A DNA stretch of 64,000 nucleotides. It comes from Azolla caroliniana (Eukaryota > Plantae > Polypodiophyta). The stretch's first letter is position 1, and each line of letters starts with the position of its first letter. The stretch is from assembly GCA_043228905.1 (NCBI GenBank), contig JBHGNT010000018.1:620001-684000 (forward strand), read 5' to 3'. Under the pieces are notes generated by a model. The model was not told where the DNA came from, did not search any database, and saw only the letters and a program-made list of their open reading frames with translations. The position numbers and the translations under genes are program-made. Of this stretch, positions 35,301 to 49,008 are shown piece by piece.

Positions 35301-38300
35301 CACAAAAGTGTTCCAAGAGATATGCCAAACTATATTTTTCCATCTTTAATACCCGTGCTGCCTGCAAATTTGAGTAGCAAATCAATTCCACCAGCTAGTA
35401 CACAATTAAGTACCAAACAGCAATACACACTGAGAAAATGTAAAAAATAAGTTCCAAACCTGGCCAGTATCAAAAAGGTTGCAAACATATATACCAAAAT
35501 CGCGTTGCAACCATGTAATGTCTTTATCTGCACCATGCATAACCTGTATTTTGAACATTATAGAAAAGTCCAACATAAATGAAATATCTACAAATTTTAG
35601 GAAATTTGTTGATCTAGAAAACAGCAATTGGAATTTTGAAGTGATGAAACAGAATAAATGCACGACCCTATTTATGATCACATGTAAAAAGAAGCATATT
35701 CTCTACTTTTGATATGTCGATCGCCGAGGCAATTCTTTTGTATCACTGATATCATATATGTTATCCATTCATGACAATCACTAATGGCTATTTCAAGTTC
35801 ATAATTGGACAGACATACTATCCCATATTCAAAATTCCAATTGCACTGCAAATTCTATCAGCCGCCGCATCTACTTTAATCATAATTTCGTAAAAAAAAC
35901 TATGTTAAAACATTGCATGCAGAACTTAATCACAAAAATCATCACGTGTGTGTTAAACATTGCATGCATGACTCAATGAGAAAAATCATCGCTTTACCTT
36001 TTGTATAGCATCATTTGAAAAAACGCTTCGCAGTTGGGAACCAATAAGGTGCCTTAATTCAAGAGTATCAATTATGAAGTCCTCTGTGCGAGTTGATATT
36101 TGCATCAAGCACGTAAATCCCTGAAAAGATCTGAATTGGTGATGTTCAAGATCAACCTGTCCAAACAAAACATCCAATCTATTTATGAGATTATATTTTT
36201 GTTCAAATGGTTAAGCATAAAAAATGGTAAAACCAGAAATTCAATCTAATAAAGGTTGATCAAACATAAATGAAAAGGCTGACATGAGTAGTACAAGGAT
36301 AAAACTAGAAAAATGGCAACATTTACTTCCAATCTAACATTTCAATTGCCTTGGTATAGACGAAAGTCCATTGTAGAAATAATTTTGTTGGTTCCGCAGA
36401 CACAGTGCAAAGTCAGAAAATCAAATTAATAAACAATCAATCATAGAGGAACTTACAGCTATTTCTCGCTCCTGTAACAATTTTGATGCTACTTCCACCA
36501 AAGCTGAAGCAGTATTAACAAAAGTAAATGGTGTATGCGTGAGTAATTTAGGCTTCGGAGGATCCTGTAAGCTGATTTCAACAAGATTTCCAAAATCCAT
36601 GCTAACAAGTTTTTCCTGGAAAGTACATAAAAGAAATCAGCATTTTTGCACCATTCAAGAATGCAAATAGAGTCTTGATCCAAGCCATACACTGGACTAC
36701 ACTGAAATGTCTCAATAATTGTAGATTAAAAATAAATGGTCTGATTGCAGATAAAATATGTTAAACAAAAAGCTCAAAATTGACCTGAGATGTATGATTA
36801 GCATTCCTCACATCTAAAGAAGTTAGTCAATTGGTGTTTAGCTTAGTTTGTTTTGGCATTGATAATTAATAACACAAGAGTTTAAGTTACATATTCAAGG
36901 TACACATAGCATGTTGATGATGGCACGTAGGCAGACATACATGGCACCAACTCTTTGACAAAAGTTCGACTATGGCTTCAATATCAATCATCCAACTGTG
37001 AATGATAGAATTTGTTGGCTGATACCATTGCTTCAGCAATCAAGATTGCAACCTTGCACATAAGATGAGGATTGGGGAACGTTGAAGTTGACAGATTGTC
37101 AAAGACGACCTCTACCCTAATGGAAGTTTTGCAGGGTGTTACTAACATATCTCCTTTTGTGCTCACACTTTATCATTTGAAACAAAACGTGTACGCTTAT
37201 CAGGAATAGGCCGGTTGTTGGAAATATGATACCATAAAGAGAGGCACTGTTCATTGTGAGCGTATGTGTGTACATGTGTCTCTAGGTTGCCTAAAGTGCG
37301 TGGACTTCCTAGGTATGAGCTGTTGATACCTTAAAAAAAAATAAAAATATAGAGACATTAATAATGCATACTGAATTGCTGAGCTGTGTAATTTTCACAT
37401 TTGTTTAGCATAGCTAACAAGCATCACAAGTCCAATAATTGTGTTCTCCTTCATTTATGGAAACTATATAAAAAGGCTTCACATAATGTTTTCCCACTCT
37501 CAGAGATAATGATTTGTTTGTTTATATCAATCTCTCAATAACATACTGAACAATTCCAAACTGTATGCCACAGCATTCCAGCGCAAATTATGGCATGATG
37601 CCATGTTGAATTGAAAGCATCATGTCTCGGCAAAGGTGGAGAGAACAGGGCCAAAGTTCAAGAATAAATATATGAATAAAATGATAAAACTGTGAAACAT
37701 ATTTTGTATATTCAGAAAATGGTGCCTATTTCACTGAACATGCCAGTTGGAAATATTCGTAGGGCAATCAAAATCTCAAAGAAGCACATATATTTTCTAC
37801 TTTAAACGATTCTATTCAGGTAATAGTTTCCTAGGTTTTGATTTGCATAGAGTATTAACAAATCACTGAGGAGGATTTCACCATCCACTGGTAGTTACCT
37901 TTACAATTAAAGTAGAGAGCACTAAACTCTAAAATAAAGATAATCAAGTCCTAAAGTAATGCAATTTGCATGCTTCCAACTATTACCGCAGAGTTGTTAG
38001 TCACTGATTAAAGGAGAGTACATCCAACTTAAGAAGAAAGCAGGGTCCTAAAGCTAAGCAAATACGCATGTTTCCAAAAATTTCCACATCACAGCCACTT
38101 AAGGATCAGATAAGTGTGCAAACGGAACTTTAAGAAAAGGAAGGAAATCCTTGTAGTGCCGATGAACATGCTTCCAAATCTTTTCAAACACTAATTATTT
38201 TTTCTTATAACATTCAAACGAGACTTCATTGAGCTCTAAGAAAGGGAAGCCAAGGTCTAACAAAGCAATAAAATTGAACTTCCCTGAGAAGATGTTTGAT

Positions 38301-38962
38301 AAGGTGAAAAGGTCACATACACAAAAGAAAATACTAATCAAAATCATGTCAGAAAAAAAAAATACCTGTAAAGGATGAGCATTGTTTGGATGCATGAATG
38401 GTAAATTTGAATTGTCTACAGTGTCTGCAAACTTTTCCTGAGGTCTGGCGAGTTCCCATTTATGGAAACGAATGGCATTCTTCTCTTTAGCGATGCTAGT
38501 TTTACTGATATCACTTCCCGACTGAACGTCCTTACCATGTTTCCTCCTTTTCTTGCGATCCTGTATCATGAAACCATCATCTTCCGCAGGGAGACCTTTC
38601 TTTGCTCTATCTATCTTGAACTGCTCAAAAGATGTGTCGACATGTTCCAAAAGATCATCTTGCAAGTTTACAAGCCAATCGTATAGATCTTCACCATCAT
38701 CGGGCATAGCAGAAGCTCCACTGAGCATATTCAGACAAGAAATCTGTGACATAACATTCGCTGCACGTTGCATTAAAGCTTTCACCGGCTCTCTGAAAGC
38801 ATTAAAATTGTTGTAGAAGTGGAAATCTTCTTCTATTGGGAGATGTCTGGAAGCTCGATCGAGGTCCGTTAGGGTTTGGGGAAGCTCGAGGACGGTTTCT
38901 GTGAGAAGGCGAGAAAGATTCTCCGATTCTGTGGCGGAGCTTTCTTCTTCTGCTGTGGCCAT
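32342..38962 (-). CDS. RRP6L: RRP6-like nuclear exosome 3'-5' exoribonuclease (PMC2NT, DEDDy, HRDC); exons 38962-38366, 36615-36457, 36156-35998, 35543-35460, 35361-35282, 34868-34818, 34727-34625, 34544-34462, 34387-34342, 34267-34180, 34072-33192, 33094-32342
   Basis: [102 protein letters not shown] and C-terminal [11 protein letters not shown]. Splice phases were checked and are consistent. Confidence 0.93.
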
Positions 38963-39023
38963 GGCTGGATCAACAGCACAGTCTTCCGCTTCTGCGTATT
39001 CTGTGTAAATTTGTATTTCTTCG

Positions 39024-39032
39024 TTAGGGTTT
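39024..39032 (-). promoter_or_regulatory. Telo-box AAACCCTAA about 60 bp upstream of the RRP6-like ATG
   Basis: Exact motif; known to be enriched near the start of plant ribosome-biogenesis and RNA-processing genes. Confidence 0.55.
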
Positions 39033-42000
39033 AGGAATGCAAGACGCCATACGTCGAAGCAACAGAAAAGAACAGAAATCCCAAACGATGCCCTCGAAAA
39101 TGGGTTTTCGTATATACCAAAGTACCCCTATCTAACTTCTCGATATACATATAAATCCAATTACTAGGCCTTTTTGGAAACACTTTAGGAGGATGGGGGG
39201 CTATTTGTGTAAATGTCTCGAAAATCATGGTAGTATTCTTCATGTTTAAGTTTGCCCATTGAAGTTTCTACAAAAGGTTTTCATCGGAAGAGGAGGAAAG
39301 AAGCAAGGAGAAACTTCACTAGCCATGAGTGTGAGCCTCAGCATCCCATTCTTCGACTCTTCCAGTGCATCATTCCTCTTTAATTAGCCTTAGACAATGA
39401 TGGCTTACTATTTTTTACCGCTAACTCTAACGAGGATGTTGAGAATCAAGCTCAACATAGTGCAACGTGTGAACACACCTTTTAAGAATCTATTATTACT
39501 CAAAGGTCAAGAGTCACACCACTACTCTCTACACATTAACTATATGAAAATCATATTCTATGACACATAACTAATGAGTTACATATTCCCCATGACTATG
39601 AGTCTTCACGTTCCCCAAGAGAGAGTAGTTGTTATAGTGAGTTAATGAAGAGAGAGAGTGACCTTATATAAAACACCCTTCTCCTACTTCATACGAAGTC
39701 GGTTGTGACTCCTTGTAATGCTACATTTTGTATTTGCTATTCTACTTGTGAATATACACCTTCTTCTTGAGTATTCCTTTCTCTATCAATATTGTGTTCT
39801 CTCTTCTCTCCTCTAATTCCTCTCACATACACATAACACACATCTCTTCCGCTACACAAGAATCATACCTGATTCTTTACATGGTATCAGACCAGTTTGG
39901 TAGCTCGATCTAGCCCATCTGCGCGTGTTGTGTTCTACGCCGACGTTCGAGAAGAACCGGTGTCAAGTTGTTACGCTCTTCGCGTGTGGAAAGAGGTGGG
40001 ATCGCGAGGGCCTTGAAGAGAGAGAGAGAGAGAGAGCAGCTTGCAGAGAGAGAGAGAGAACAAAGTCTTAATTACAAAATCAATAACGATTACAACCAGC
40101 AAGACGGCAACGGACCCAACTCAAGTGAGCACACACACACACGATGCTCACGCACGCACACAGCCCCGACTGCACTGTGGAGCCTTTGTCGGAAGCACAC
40201 GGGCTGTCCACGAAGCAGAGGCAACTCAGTCCAAAATCCTGCAGAGAATGACGAACGATGGAGGAGAGAGCTCGGTCCCAGTCCGACAGCACTTCATCCT
40301 TGCTCCCAAAACGCGATACTTCATTCGCCTTCTTCCGTCCCTTTTATAGGCCGTCGAGGCAGGCCGTTGCACCCTCGTTTTCATCAATTTATCCTCTGTC
40401 CTTTCGTACAGAGATACTCTTTGATTTCCTAGACATTCAATGCGTCACATCTAGTCTATTTACACCCACCGTCCTACTCCTAGTTACGTACAAGGTATTA
40501 ATTGGTGTGGAAAAGTGTAGAGCCGGTTCATGCGCCCTGCTTCGCCGATTCTGCTTCTAGCCAGTTTTCTTCACAACATCCACCCCCACCAAATTGCGCA
40601 TCCACCGGTATGCGCCGGAGAGGGATAGATACCGGAGAAAATCGGCTCGCGTTCACTCGTCGCTCTCCGAATTATCGGCGTCCCCGAACCGATCATCGTC
40701 GTTATCGCTCCCCCGCTCCGACTCGTCTTCGTACCGCTTCTTGAATGCTTTAATCCGCTTCCCGGTTACTGGCACCGCCAATCGTGTCCCATCGAGCTCC
40801 GCAAGATGGTACGTGTCGTTGACGTTCGTGGTCGTCACCGTCTAGGGTCCGAACCGTCTCCTCGCGAATTTGTGGGTCACCTTGTGCTGGTTGTCGAGGC
40901 TACTCTCGTAAACCAGCACCCAGTCGCCTTCCTCGATCTTCTTCAATCGTAGCTGGTGCGTCCGGTCGAACCGGGTCTTGTTTCATTCCCTTGTCGTGCG
41001 CAGCTTCTCCTTCGCCCGTTCCACGTCCTCCGGCCTCCGCTCAAGTTGCCGGATCCGCGCCACTAACAACTCTTCCCGGCTCATTTCGTCCTTCCAACCC
41101 ACCGCGGCCCACAAAGAAATCGTCCGTTCCACCGGCATGATCGGCTTCTGCCCGTACATTAGTTCCGTCGGCATGAACCCCGTTACCGAACTGTGCGTAG
41201 TCCGGTCCGCCCACAACGCATAGGGTAAGAGCCACGGCTAGTTTCCAACTTGGCCTCCACACGCCCGTACTAACGTTTTGACGATCGGTCTGTGTCCACG
41301 TTCCACCTTCCCGTTAGCCTATGGATTGTACGCCATGGTGAGCGAGAGTTTAACCCCTAACCGGTCAAACAACTCTTCAGCCTCTTGCACGTCTAGTTCT
41401 CCGCAGTCGGCCACGATCTTGCTGACGCACCCGTACCGGCATACCACATCTTCGATTAGAAACCGGCACATGGCCGCGGTTGTTTTGTTCTGCAACGCTC
41501 GGCCTTCCACCTGGTTCGTCAGGTCCTCCCGAGCCAGCACCAGATATCGCATCTGCCCTACCCCCATTGGCATCGTCACCAGATCCACCATCCACTTGAA
41601 GTGGACGGTCGGAGGGTAGGTCGAGTGAAGCTCGTCTCGATGTCGGACTATAGAGTGCATCTGACAGCTTTCGCAAGTCGTTACGAACCGATGCACGTCC
41701 TGGTATAGTCCCGGCCACTAGTACTTCCCCTTCAGCTTCTCGAATGTGGCCCATGTCCCACGATGTCCGGCCCAAGGACTCTCGTGGTACGCCATAAGCA
41801 GCGCTCTCTGCTTGTCCTCCCTCGCTACTACATGGAGTGGGGTGTTGCTTCGCTTCTTCGGGTGCTTCCATATATGCCCTTCCCGTAGGAAGAACCGGTA
41901 CGCCTTCTTCCGCACCTAGCGGGCCTCTTCTCTCGTCCACGCCGCGTCCGACGTCATCGTCCATAGGAACTTCCCCGATTCGGAGCCACTCTCCGTCATA

Positions 42001-43694
42001 TTCGCTCTCCTCGAACTCGTTAAGCGTCGGAGTGCTCCCCGTCCCAGTTGTCACGCCAGTTGATCCGAATAAGTCCTCGCCGACTTCTTCATCTTCCGAA
42101 ACCATGCCGTCCTCGTTGCTGAACCACACTCTCGAAAGCATGTCGGTCATGGCGTTGTCCTTTCCGGAAATGTGTCGTATTTCCGAATTCAGAGACTTGA
42201 CATATGCTATCCACCGGACCATTGCCAGGTCCGGAATCGCGCATCCAGAAACCATACCGAGAATCGGTAGGCAATCCGTCTCAATGATTACTTCCATCTT
42301 GATAAGATAGTCTTTGTCGGCCTTAACTGCCGAAACGATACCCCATAGCTCACGCTTAACTTGGGCGTATCCTCGCTGCCGCTCGCTCAATACCTTCGCC
42401 CTAAACTGGATCGGGAATCGTACGTCGTCCTTGTCCTCCTGACTGATCACCCACCCGATCCCGGTCGGGCTCGTGTCCACCGTCACGTAGATGGGGACTT
42501 CCTTGCCATAAACCGCTTTCCGGAGAGCCGGTGCCGCAGCAAGCGCCTCCTTCAGTCTCCGGACCGACCCCGTGTGCTCCGTCCTCCACTCGAACCTACG
42601 CCCTTTCTTCAATAGCCCGTAGAGCGGTTCCGCGACATGTGCGTAGTGCGGAATCCAGATGTGGTAGAACATGCACACACCCAAGAATCTGCGGACCTCC
42701 ATAACCGACCCGCAATCGTCCTTCCTCAGGGAGATGGTTTCTACCTTTGCCGGGGACGGTTTCCGGCCATAGGGCCCACACAGGTGTCCAACTACCAGGA
42801 TCTTCGTCTGCCCGAACGTTGATTTCTCTCCGGAGAAGGTGAGCCACGTGCTCTCGAGCCTCTGCAACACCTTATCGCAATCGTTGATGTGGTTCACGAC
42901 GAACCTCCGGCATCCGTCCGGCCCGACCGTTTTGTCTGCATCCTCCACCAGACACCCCTTTATCGGTACGTTGTCTAGGAATGGCATAGTGATGTCCGGG
43001 ATGTAGTCCCTTTGTTCATTGCGTTCACCATGTGCACCACTGAATTCTTTCCTCCTTGCAGTAGGGTACACATCCGCACCAAGCCGAGAGGAGTCTGCAT
43101 TGTCGTGATGTCCCTGCTCTCTACGGCTAGTTGGAACTGGTCATACCTCGAGCATAAGTCACCGACCGAATAGATCGACTTCCGGCGAAGGCCTCCGCGA
43201 ACTTGTCTATGGTCGGCCCAATTCCTGTGTTACAGATGGTCACCTTGTTGACCGGTTGCAGGTCCTGTATGAAGCGCAACGTGCCGTTCTTCTTTGGCAC
43301 TGTGAACCACCGATTCGAGTATGGGGCACTCGACGGTTCGAGGATCCCCATATCCCCCTTCTGCTTCAGTAGCTCCATCAACATCGGGATGTGAGCTCTA
43401 GGCACTAGAATTGGTTTGAGATTCCATGGCACATGCGGTACCGTGAAGATCACCATTGGCTCGACGATTGTCGGGTCTACGCACCCGATCTCCTCCGGCG
43501 AGAATGCGAAAGCCTTCCCGTTGTCATGAAGTACGAAAGCTTCACATTAAAAGTCTACAATAAGATAAATACATAACTAAAATAACATTTGATAATGTTT
43601 TATATATAAAGATAATATTAACAACACATATGATAATATTATATATATGTAAAGACAAATAATATATATAGATAAATATATTATATTACACGAA

Positions 43695-43762
43695 CAAGAG
43701 AGGACTTGAACCAATAACCCCACCCTATGACTCTCAAATCTTACCATTTACTCTATACTAGT
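43695..43762 (-). promoter_or_regulatory. tRNA-like A/B-box module 1 in solo LTR U3
   Basis: Minus strand TAGAGTAAATGGTAAG...GGTTCAAGTCC; T8-G53 distance 44 nt. Confidence 0.55.
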
Positions 43763-43859
43763 AATATACATAAAATAAAGCATACTTTATATATACTTTA
43801 TATTACATAAAGGATTTGCTTCATGATATAAAAATAAAGTTGTATGTTGTATTCAATAG

Positions 43860-43927
43860 TATTTTGAGACTCAAACCCACAAGCTCATACACCAAAGTCA
43901 ACACACTTATCATTAGGCTAGGTCCTT
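43860..43927 (-). promoter_or_regulatory. tRNA-like A/B-box module 2 in solo LTR U3
   Basis: Minus strand TAGCCTAATGATAAG...GGGTTTGAGTCTC; distance 44 nt; same position relative to the TATA as module 10444-10510. Confidence 0.55.
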
Positions 43928-46900
43928 TCTCTTTAAGATTATATTTTCCTGTTTATTGTTATTGCATATATTGTTTCATACATAAAAGCTCAAATGAGCG
44001 AGATGTTTATCATGCATCACATGCATGTCTTGTACCCTCCAATGCATCATATGCATGGGGGCACCTATTTAAAGGGTGAAAGAGAAGATCAAAAGGAGAT
44101 ATGTATGAGATATCAATCAAATTATGTATTACATAAGAGATACCATAAAAATAGAGAAAGAAGGGAAGAAGTTTAACATAAACGTGGAGCTCTAGCTTGG
44201 CGGTCGTGGTGGTCTACGATCAAGAAAGAGAAGAGCGATTACCTTGCAAGAAAAAGTTCGGAGGTTCAACGACGTGCACAATCATTTTGTAACTCTTTCA
44301 TGAAAATGATTATAAATTTCATACACTTTCTCATATATTATTTTATATCTTATCTTGTCTTATCTTATATTCCTTAAAAATCCTATTTTGTCATATCTTA
44401 TTGATCTCTATTCACTCTATCTCTACTCTTTCGTCTCTTCCGTCCATAATCCCTGTGATTCCTTCCTCACTTTCACGTTATCCTTTGTGTGCGCAACGCT
44501 ACACTTCTAGGCGAGCCACGTCACGACCCCGTGCCTTCCGAGCATCCTCTGAAACCGGTCCTCCTCCTCCGGTAATAGAAGGTCACCCCCACCAACCTTG
44601 AGCTCCTGTAGCGTTATGTCGGTGAACCGGTGCCCTATGCCGGTTGGATTCCATAAACTTGGGTCCGACGCGACCCCTTTTATCCGCTCTCCGCTGCCCT
44701 CCGACAAGGGTGCCGCAACTGGCCTCACCTTCCGGTCCACAGTCTTATACTTCGTGTCCCCGCGGGCCGTTCAATCCGACCCGATTCTCTCCCCGGAGTC
44801 CGCGATGACTTCGTACATTCCCATCGAGCTAACCGGAACGGTCCAGTCTTCGTTAAGGCCTTCACCGAGCACCTTTCATAATTCGCCCAAGGTGTCATCA
44901 AAAGAGACCGCCTCCACGGCGCCGCTGATTTCTTCGTCGGGGGAGAGGACTCCACACACCCTAAGTCGTCTCTCCGCCCGCTTCCTCTCCTGGCTATTGA
45001 TGCGGGTTAACGTACAACCTCCGTTTTCGGAGAGCCAAAATTTCTTACCTATAATACATGTGTGGGGTTCTTCCGGGGTGTCCGGACTATCGCGGCCCCA
45101 CGCCTTGATAGCCCTCTCTAAAAATCCCCTCGGATGTCACCGCCGAGGGTCTCGCGGTTTCGCTCGTGGTTGGGTCGCATTGTCATGAATTGGACGGAAT
45201 GCCGACCGTCTTGGCTCTTGACGCACACATACGCCGAACCGTTGTCCAGTACTTTCGTCTCCATGCATGTTGCCGTAATGTACGGTTCGCCGAGAATTAC
45301 CAGGTGCGAGGAAGTCTCCTGCACGAAGAAATAATGATCTATCTCGACGTCGCCGATCTTCACGCGTACGTTCAGGCACGCACCATGCAGCTCCTCTGTA
45401 GCGCGCGTCGCCACACGTATCTTCCACCCGTGCTTGGTGTTGATAAGCCATTTCCCCTTTTTATAGAAGTCCATGGACATCACGTTGATCTCTAAATCGT
45501 GGTCTACCAATGCCACCACCGGCTCCTGGACGTCACTGATCCGTACAAGGGTTTCTGTAGTGGCCCTAGCCCAATGCGGCTTCACGTAGTGGCTTTCCAC
45601 CAACTCATCCTCTAGGGCCGCGTCTTCTAAGTGTGTCGTCTGCACTTCCACCAGCCTCTCCGGTTCTGGCTCCTTCAAGAGCCTCTTCTGCTTCACAAAG
45701 TCCACGATGGAGTCGTGGAACTCCTTCTTGGTGATTCCCAGCACCTCCCGTAACGACAGCTCAACCTTGCTGTCGAGAATTCTCTCTTCGAGAACCTTTC
45801 GTAGGTCCGTTGTTCGTTTGATTTCGGTGCTCAGTCGGAAACCGGCCTTCTTCTTCTTCTCCGATGCGCCGGCATTGGCGGCCTCATTCGGCTTCGGTTC
45901 GAACCAGGTCTCGTACTGTTGCGAGGGGCCGCCCCCTCTGGCCTTTCCCGCGCGCTTGTCTCCTACCAGAACCTCATAGTTTTGGCATGCGGCTGCCATG
46001 AAGCCAGTCTTTTCTTCCACCGGGTCGTCCCATCCGGTGACCTCCCGGATCCGCCGTTCCGCGCGGTCTGCCTCTTCCTTCTTCAGCCTTACTCCGGAGA
46101 GACCATCGAGCATCAGCGGCCAGAATCCGGAGTCCTTCGCTTTCCGGGTCTCATCACCCCCGACCCGGATTCCCGCCGACACCGAGTAGTTGACGACATC
46201 TGCATGTCGTGCCACGGCCTCTTCCATCAACCGCTTCATTTCGCCGCACCTCGTATTCAACTCTAGGGCTTTCCGGGTCTCACTCGCGTGCACCCGCCCA
46301 TTCCAGAGGTACACCACGTTGGTCTTGAGTGCCTCAGCGAAATCCGCGCATTCTTTCCGAATGTGGCCGACCGCGTCGCACCACATGCACTGCTGCCCCG
46401 CCGGCGGCCTTCTGTCACGGGACTGTTCGCCGTTGTCCCTCCGGGCCTGTGCGATTTGGAGATCTCGCACCATCTACGACAGCTCTTCTAGGGTCGCGCC
46501 TCCGGAGGGACCTTTGACCACTCCGCTCGAGGCCGAGCCCGTCTCAAGCCAACTCCGAGTTTCTTCCTTCCTAGCCGGTACCGACACCAACTCCTCGAGC
46601 TCCCTCCCTAGGACCGGCCTTGCCGCTGACGAGCCCTCGTCGCTCCACTCGCGCCGCTTGTCGAAATGACCGCAGACCCTCCTTACCATGGCCCAGTCTG
46701 CCGTGAGCCCTTCATCCATTTCCAACAAGAGACCCACCTTCTCTCGGTCCATGGTGTCCACCGACTTGACGAATAGTAGTACCCGACTTGTGTCGAGCAC
46801 GGTCCGGTCCAGCGTTGACAACCGTGCGAACCGTTTCTCGAACTCCTGGAGGAGCGCCGATGTGTTCCTCCCCTTCCCAGGGCTCTCAACCCACGCCATG

Positions 46901-47384
46901 AAGTCTCGCTTCGACAACTGAAGCGAGTCATCGAACCCATACATCTCGAGGAGCCGCAGCTCGAACTCCTCCCAAGTCTGGCATCTGGCCAGCACCTTGA
47001 GCACCTCTGCGTGGATGCTCGGCGTCACCACCTGTGGGAATCCGGACAGCCGCCTGTCCACCGAGATATCCCTCATGATGATTTCGGCCCGGTAGGCCTC
47101 CAAGTAGCTCGTGGCATTCTTCCCACCGAATCGACCTATGGTGCTGACGATCGACTCAATGGCCTTGTCGAGGGCACCCGTTCCCTCGCGAGCACTCACT
47201 AGCCGGTCGACGACTACGACCGTAGCTTCAGCAAGCTCATATCCCCTCATCCTTCACTCCTTTGCCGCATGTTTCACGTCAGGTTCACCAAATATGTCAA
47301 GTTGTTACACTCTTCGCGTGTGGGAAGAGGCGGGACCGCGGGGGCCTTGAACCAAGGAGCATGAGAAAGAAGAGAGAGAGAGAG

Positions 47385-47566
47385 AGCAGCTTGCAGAAAC
47401 ACAGAGGGAGAAAGAGAGAGAGAGAGAGAGAGAGCAGCTTGCAGAAACACAGAGGGAGAAAGAGAGAGAGAGAGAGAGAGAGCAGCTTGCAGAAACACAG
47501 AGGGAGAAAGAGAGAGAGAGAGAGAGAGAGCAGCTTGCAGAAACACAGAGGGAGAAAGAGAGAGAG
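47385..47566. repeat. 48-bp tandem repeat, 4 copies, in the Gypsy 5' LTR
   Basis: GCAGCTTGCAGAAACACAGAGGGAGAAA(GA)n four times; only one shorter unit in the 3' LTR (~40035). Confidence 0.9.
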
Positions 47567-48819
47567 AACAAAGTCTTAATTACAAAATCAATAACGATTA
47601 CTACCTCTACCCCTCCCTTTACTTTTATATTACCACCCTACTCCTAACCTTAACCCTCCCTAGCTCACACCAAGTGTATCAAACGGTTTGGGTGCGCTCA
47701 AATCATTCTTGGTGAACTTTTCACTTCACCCCCACTTTGTCAATTTACCGTCGTACCCCTCCCTTACCTTCCTAAATTACTTTTCCTAAATTACCCTTAA
47801 TTACCCTCCTACCCTTCCCCCTCACTTTTTCAAAATTACCTTTCTACCCCTCCTCCCACTTTTTCCTATTACCACTCTACCCCTCCCCTAAACACCCCCC
47901 CTCATTTCTTAAAAACTAAACGCCCTACCCCCACCCCTCCTCTCTCACACTTAAGCTATCACTTCTCCCTCTCTTAGTTTTTCCTTCCCTCTCTCAAAAT
48001 CTTTTCCTATCCTATTTTATCCACCTTTCTATTTTTGTTTTTCTACCCTCACCCATGTTCTACTTTTTCTTACTCTACCCCTCCCCATCCTCTTCTTAAA
48101 TCTATAACCTTCCCCCTTTTTCTTTTTCCTCTTTCCCCACACTTGTCTCTCTCCCTTACCTCTCTCCTATTTCCTTTCTCTTTCTTACTTTGTCTAGTTT
48201 ACACGTGCATCTCTCTCCTCTCTCTACCCTCTTTCTCTCTCTTACTTTTCTCTCGTTTTACCACCCTTGATCCTCGTAGATCTACTTACTCCCCTTATGT
48301 CTACTCATTTCTCTCTCTCTCTCTCTCCCCTCTTTCCTCTTTCCTTCCCTTCTCATCATCTCACTGATTTTCCTTATTTCCCCCTCAATCTTAACTCCCA
48401 TTTTAATATTTCCCCTCTTTTTACATTTCATATCCTAACTCTCTCTTCTCTTATTCCTCCTTAACATTATAACCTCTATTTCCTTATACCAAAACCTCCC
48501 CCTTGTCACATTAAAGCTCATAATATCCTTTTCCTTCTTCTCCAAATCTTCCCCTTTCCAAATCATATCCATAAGCACACACCCCCACTCCCTATTGTCA
48601 TTTCTTTAAACCCTCTCCTAAAACTCCTTCAATAAACCTTTCCAACCCTAATGGTCATTTTAGCATTGATGAGCCCCATAGTGGGTGAAACTAGTTTGCT
48701 CATGACCATATCCCCATGTAATTTCTTTTCTTTTCTAATCTTAATGATAATTAATAACATCTTTGCTCTTAATCACACACACACACACACTCTCTCTCTT
48801 TATTATTATTATTATCGTA

Positions 48820-48890
48820 ATTAGCTTACCCTAGTGGTAAGTCGATAACACTACAAGCACCGTGTCTTGGGTTCGAAACCCAATTTCCTC
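48820..48890 (+). promoter_or_regulatory. tRNA-like A/B-box module (plus strand)
   Basis: TACCCTAGTGGTAAG at 48827; perfect T-arm TTGGG-TTCGAAA-CCCAA 48867-48883. Confidence 0.65.
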
Positions 48891-48939
48891 ACCTCTGTAT
48901 TATATATTTCATATCTCTATTTCACTAGATGCCACTGTG

Positions 48940-49008
48940 AAATATAGGGGTTGAACCCATGACCACCTGGTCTCCATTGGGCAACCTTACCAACTGAGCT
49001 ACATCCAT
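48940..49008 (-). promoter_or_regulatory. tRNA-like A/B-box module (minus strand, convergent with the previous one)
   Basis: Minus strand GGATGTAGCTCAGTTGGTAAG...ATGGG-TTCAACC-CCTAT; distance 45 nt. Confidence 0.7.

Larger units (their letters stand above)
43522..44527 (+). mobile_element. Solo LTR (~1 kb) inserted in Gypsy pol
   Basis: TGTCATGA...TCACGAC ends; TSD CCCGT (43517-43521, 44528-44532); host frame MLGRHG-KAFAFSPEEIG rejoins; TATA-like CTATTTAAAGG at ~44066. Confidence 0.85.

Noticed and set aside
48940-49008. Functional tRNA gene (also considered for 10444, 26117, 43695, 43860 and 48820)
   Set aside because: No 7-bp acceptor stem or regular anticodon arm, so these are reported only as A/B-box modules.
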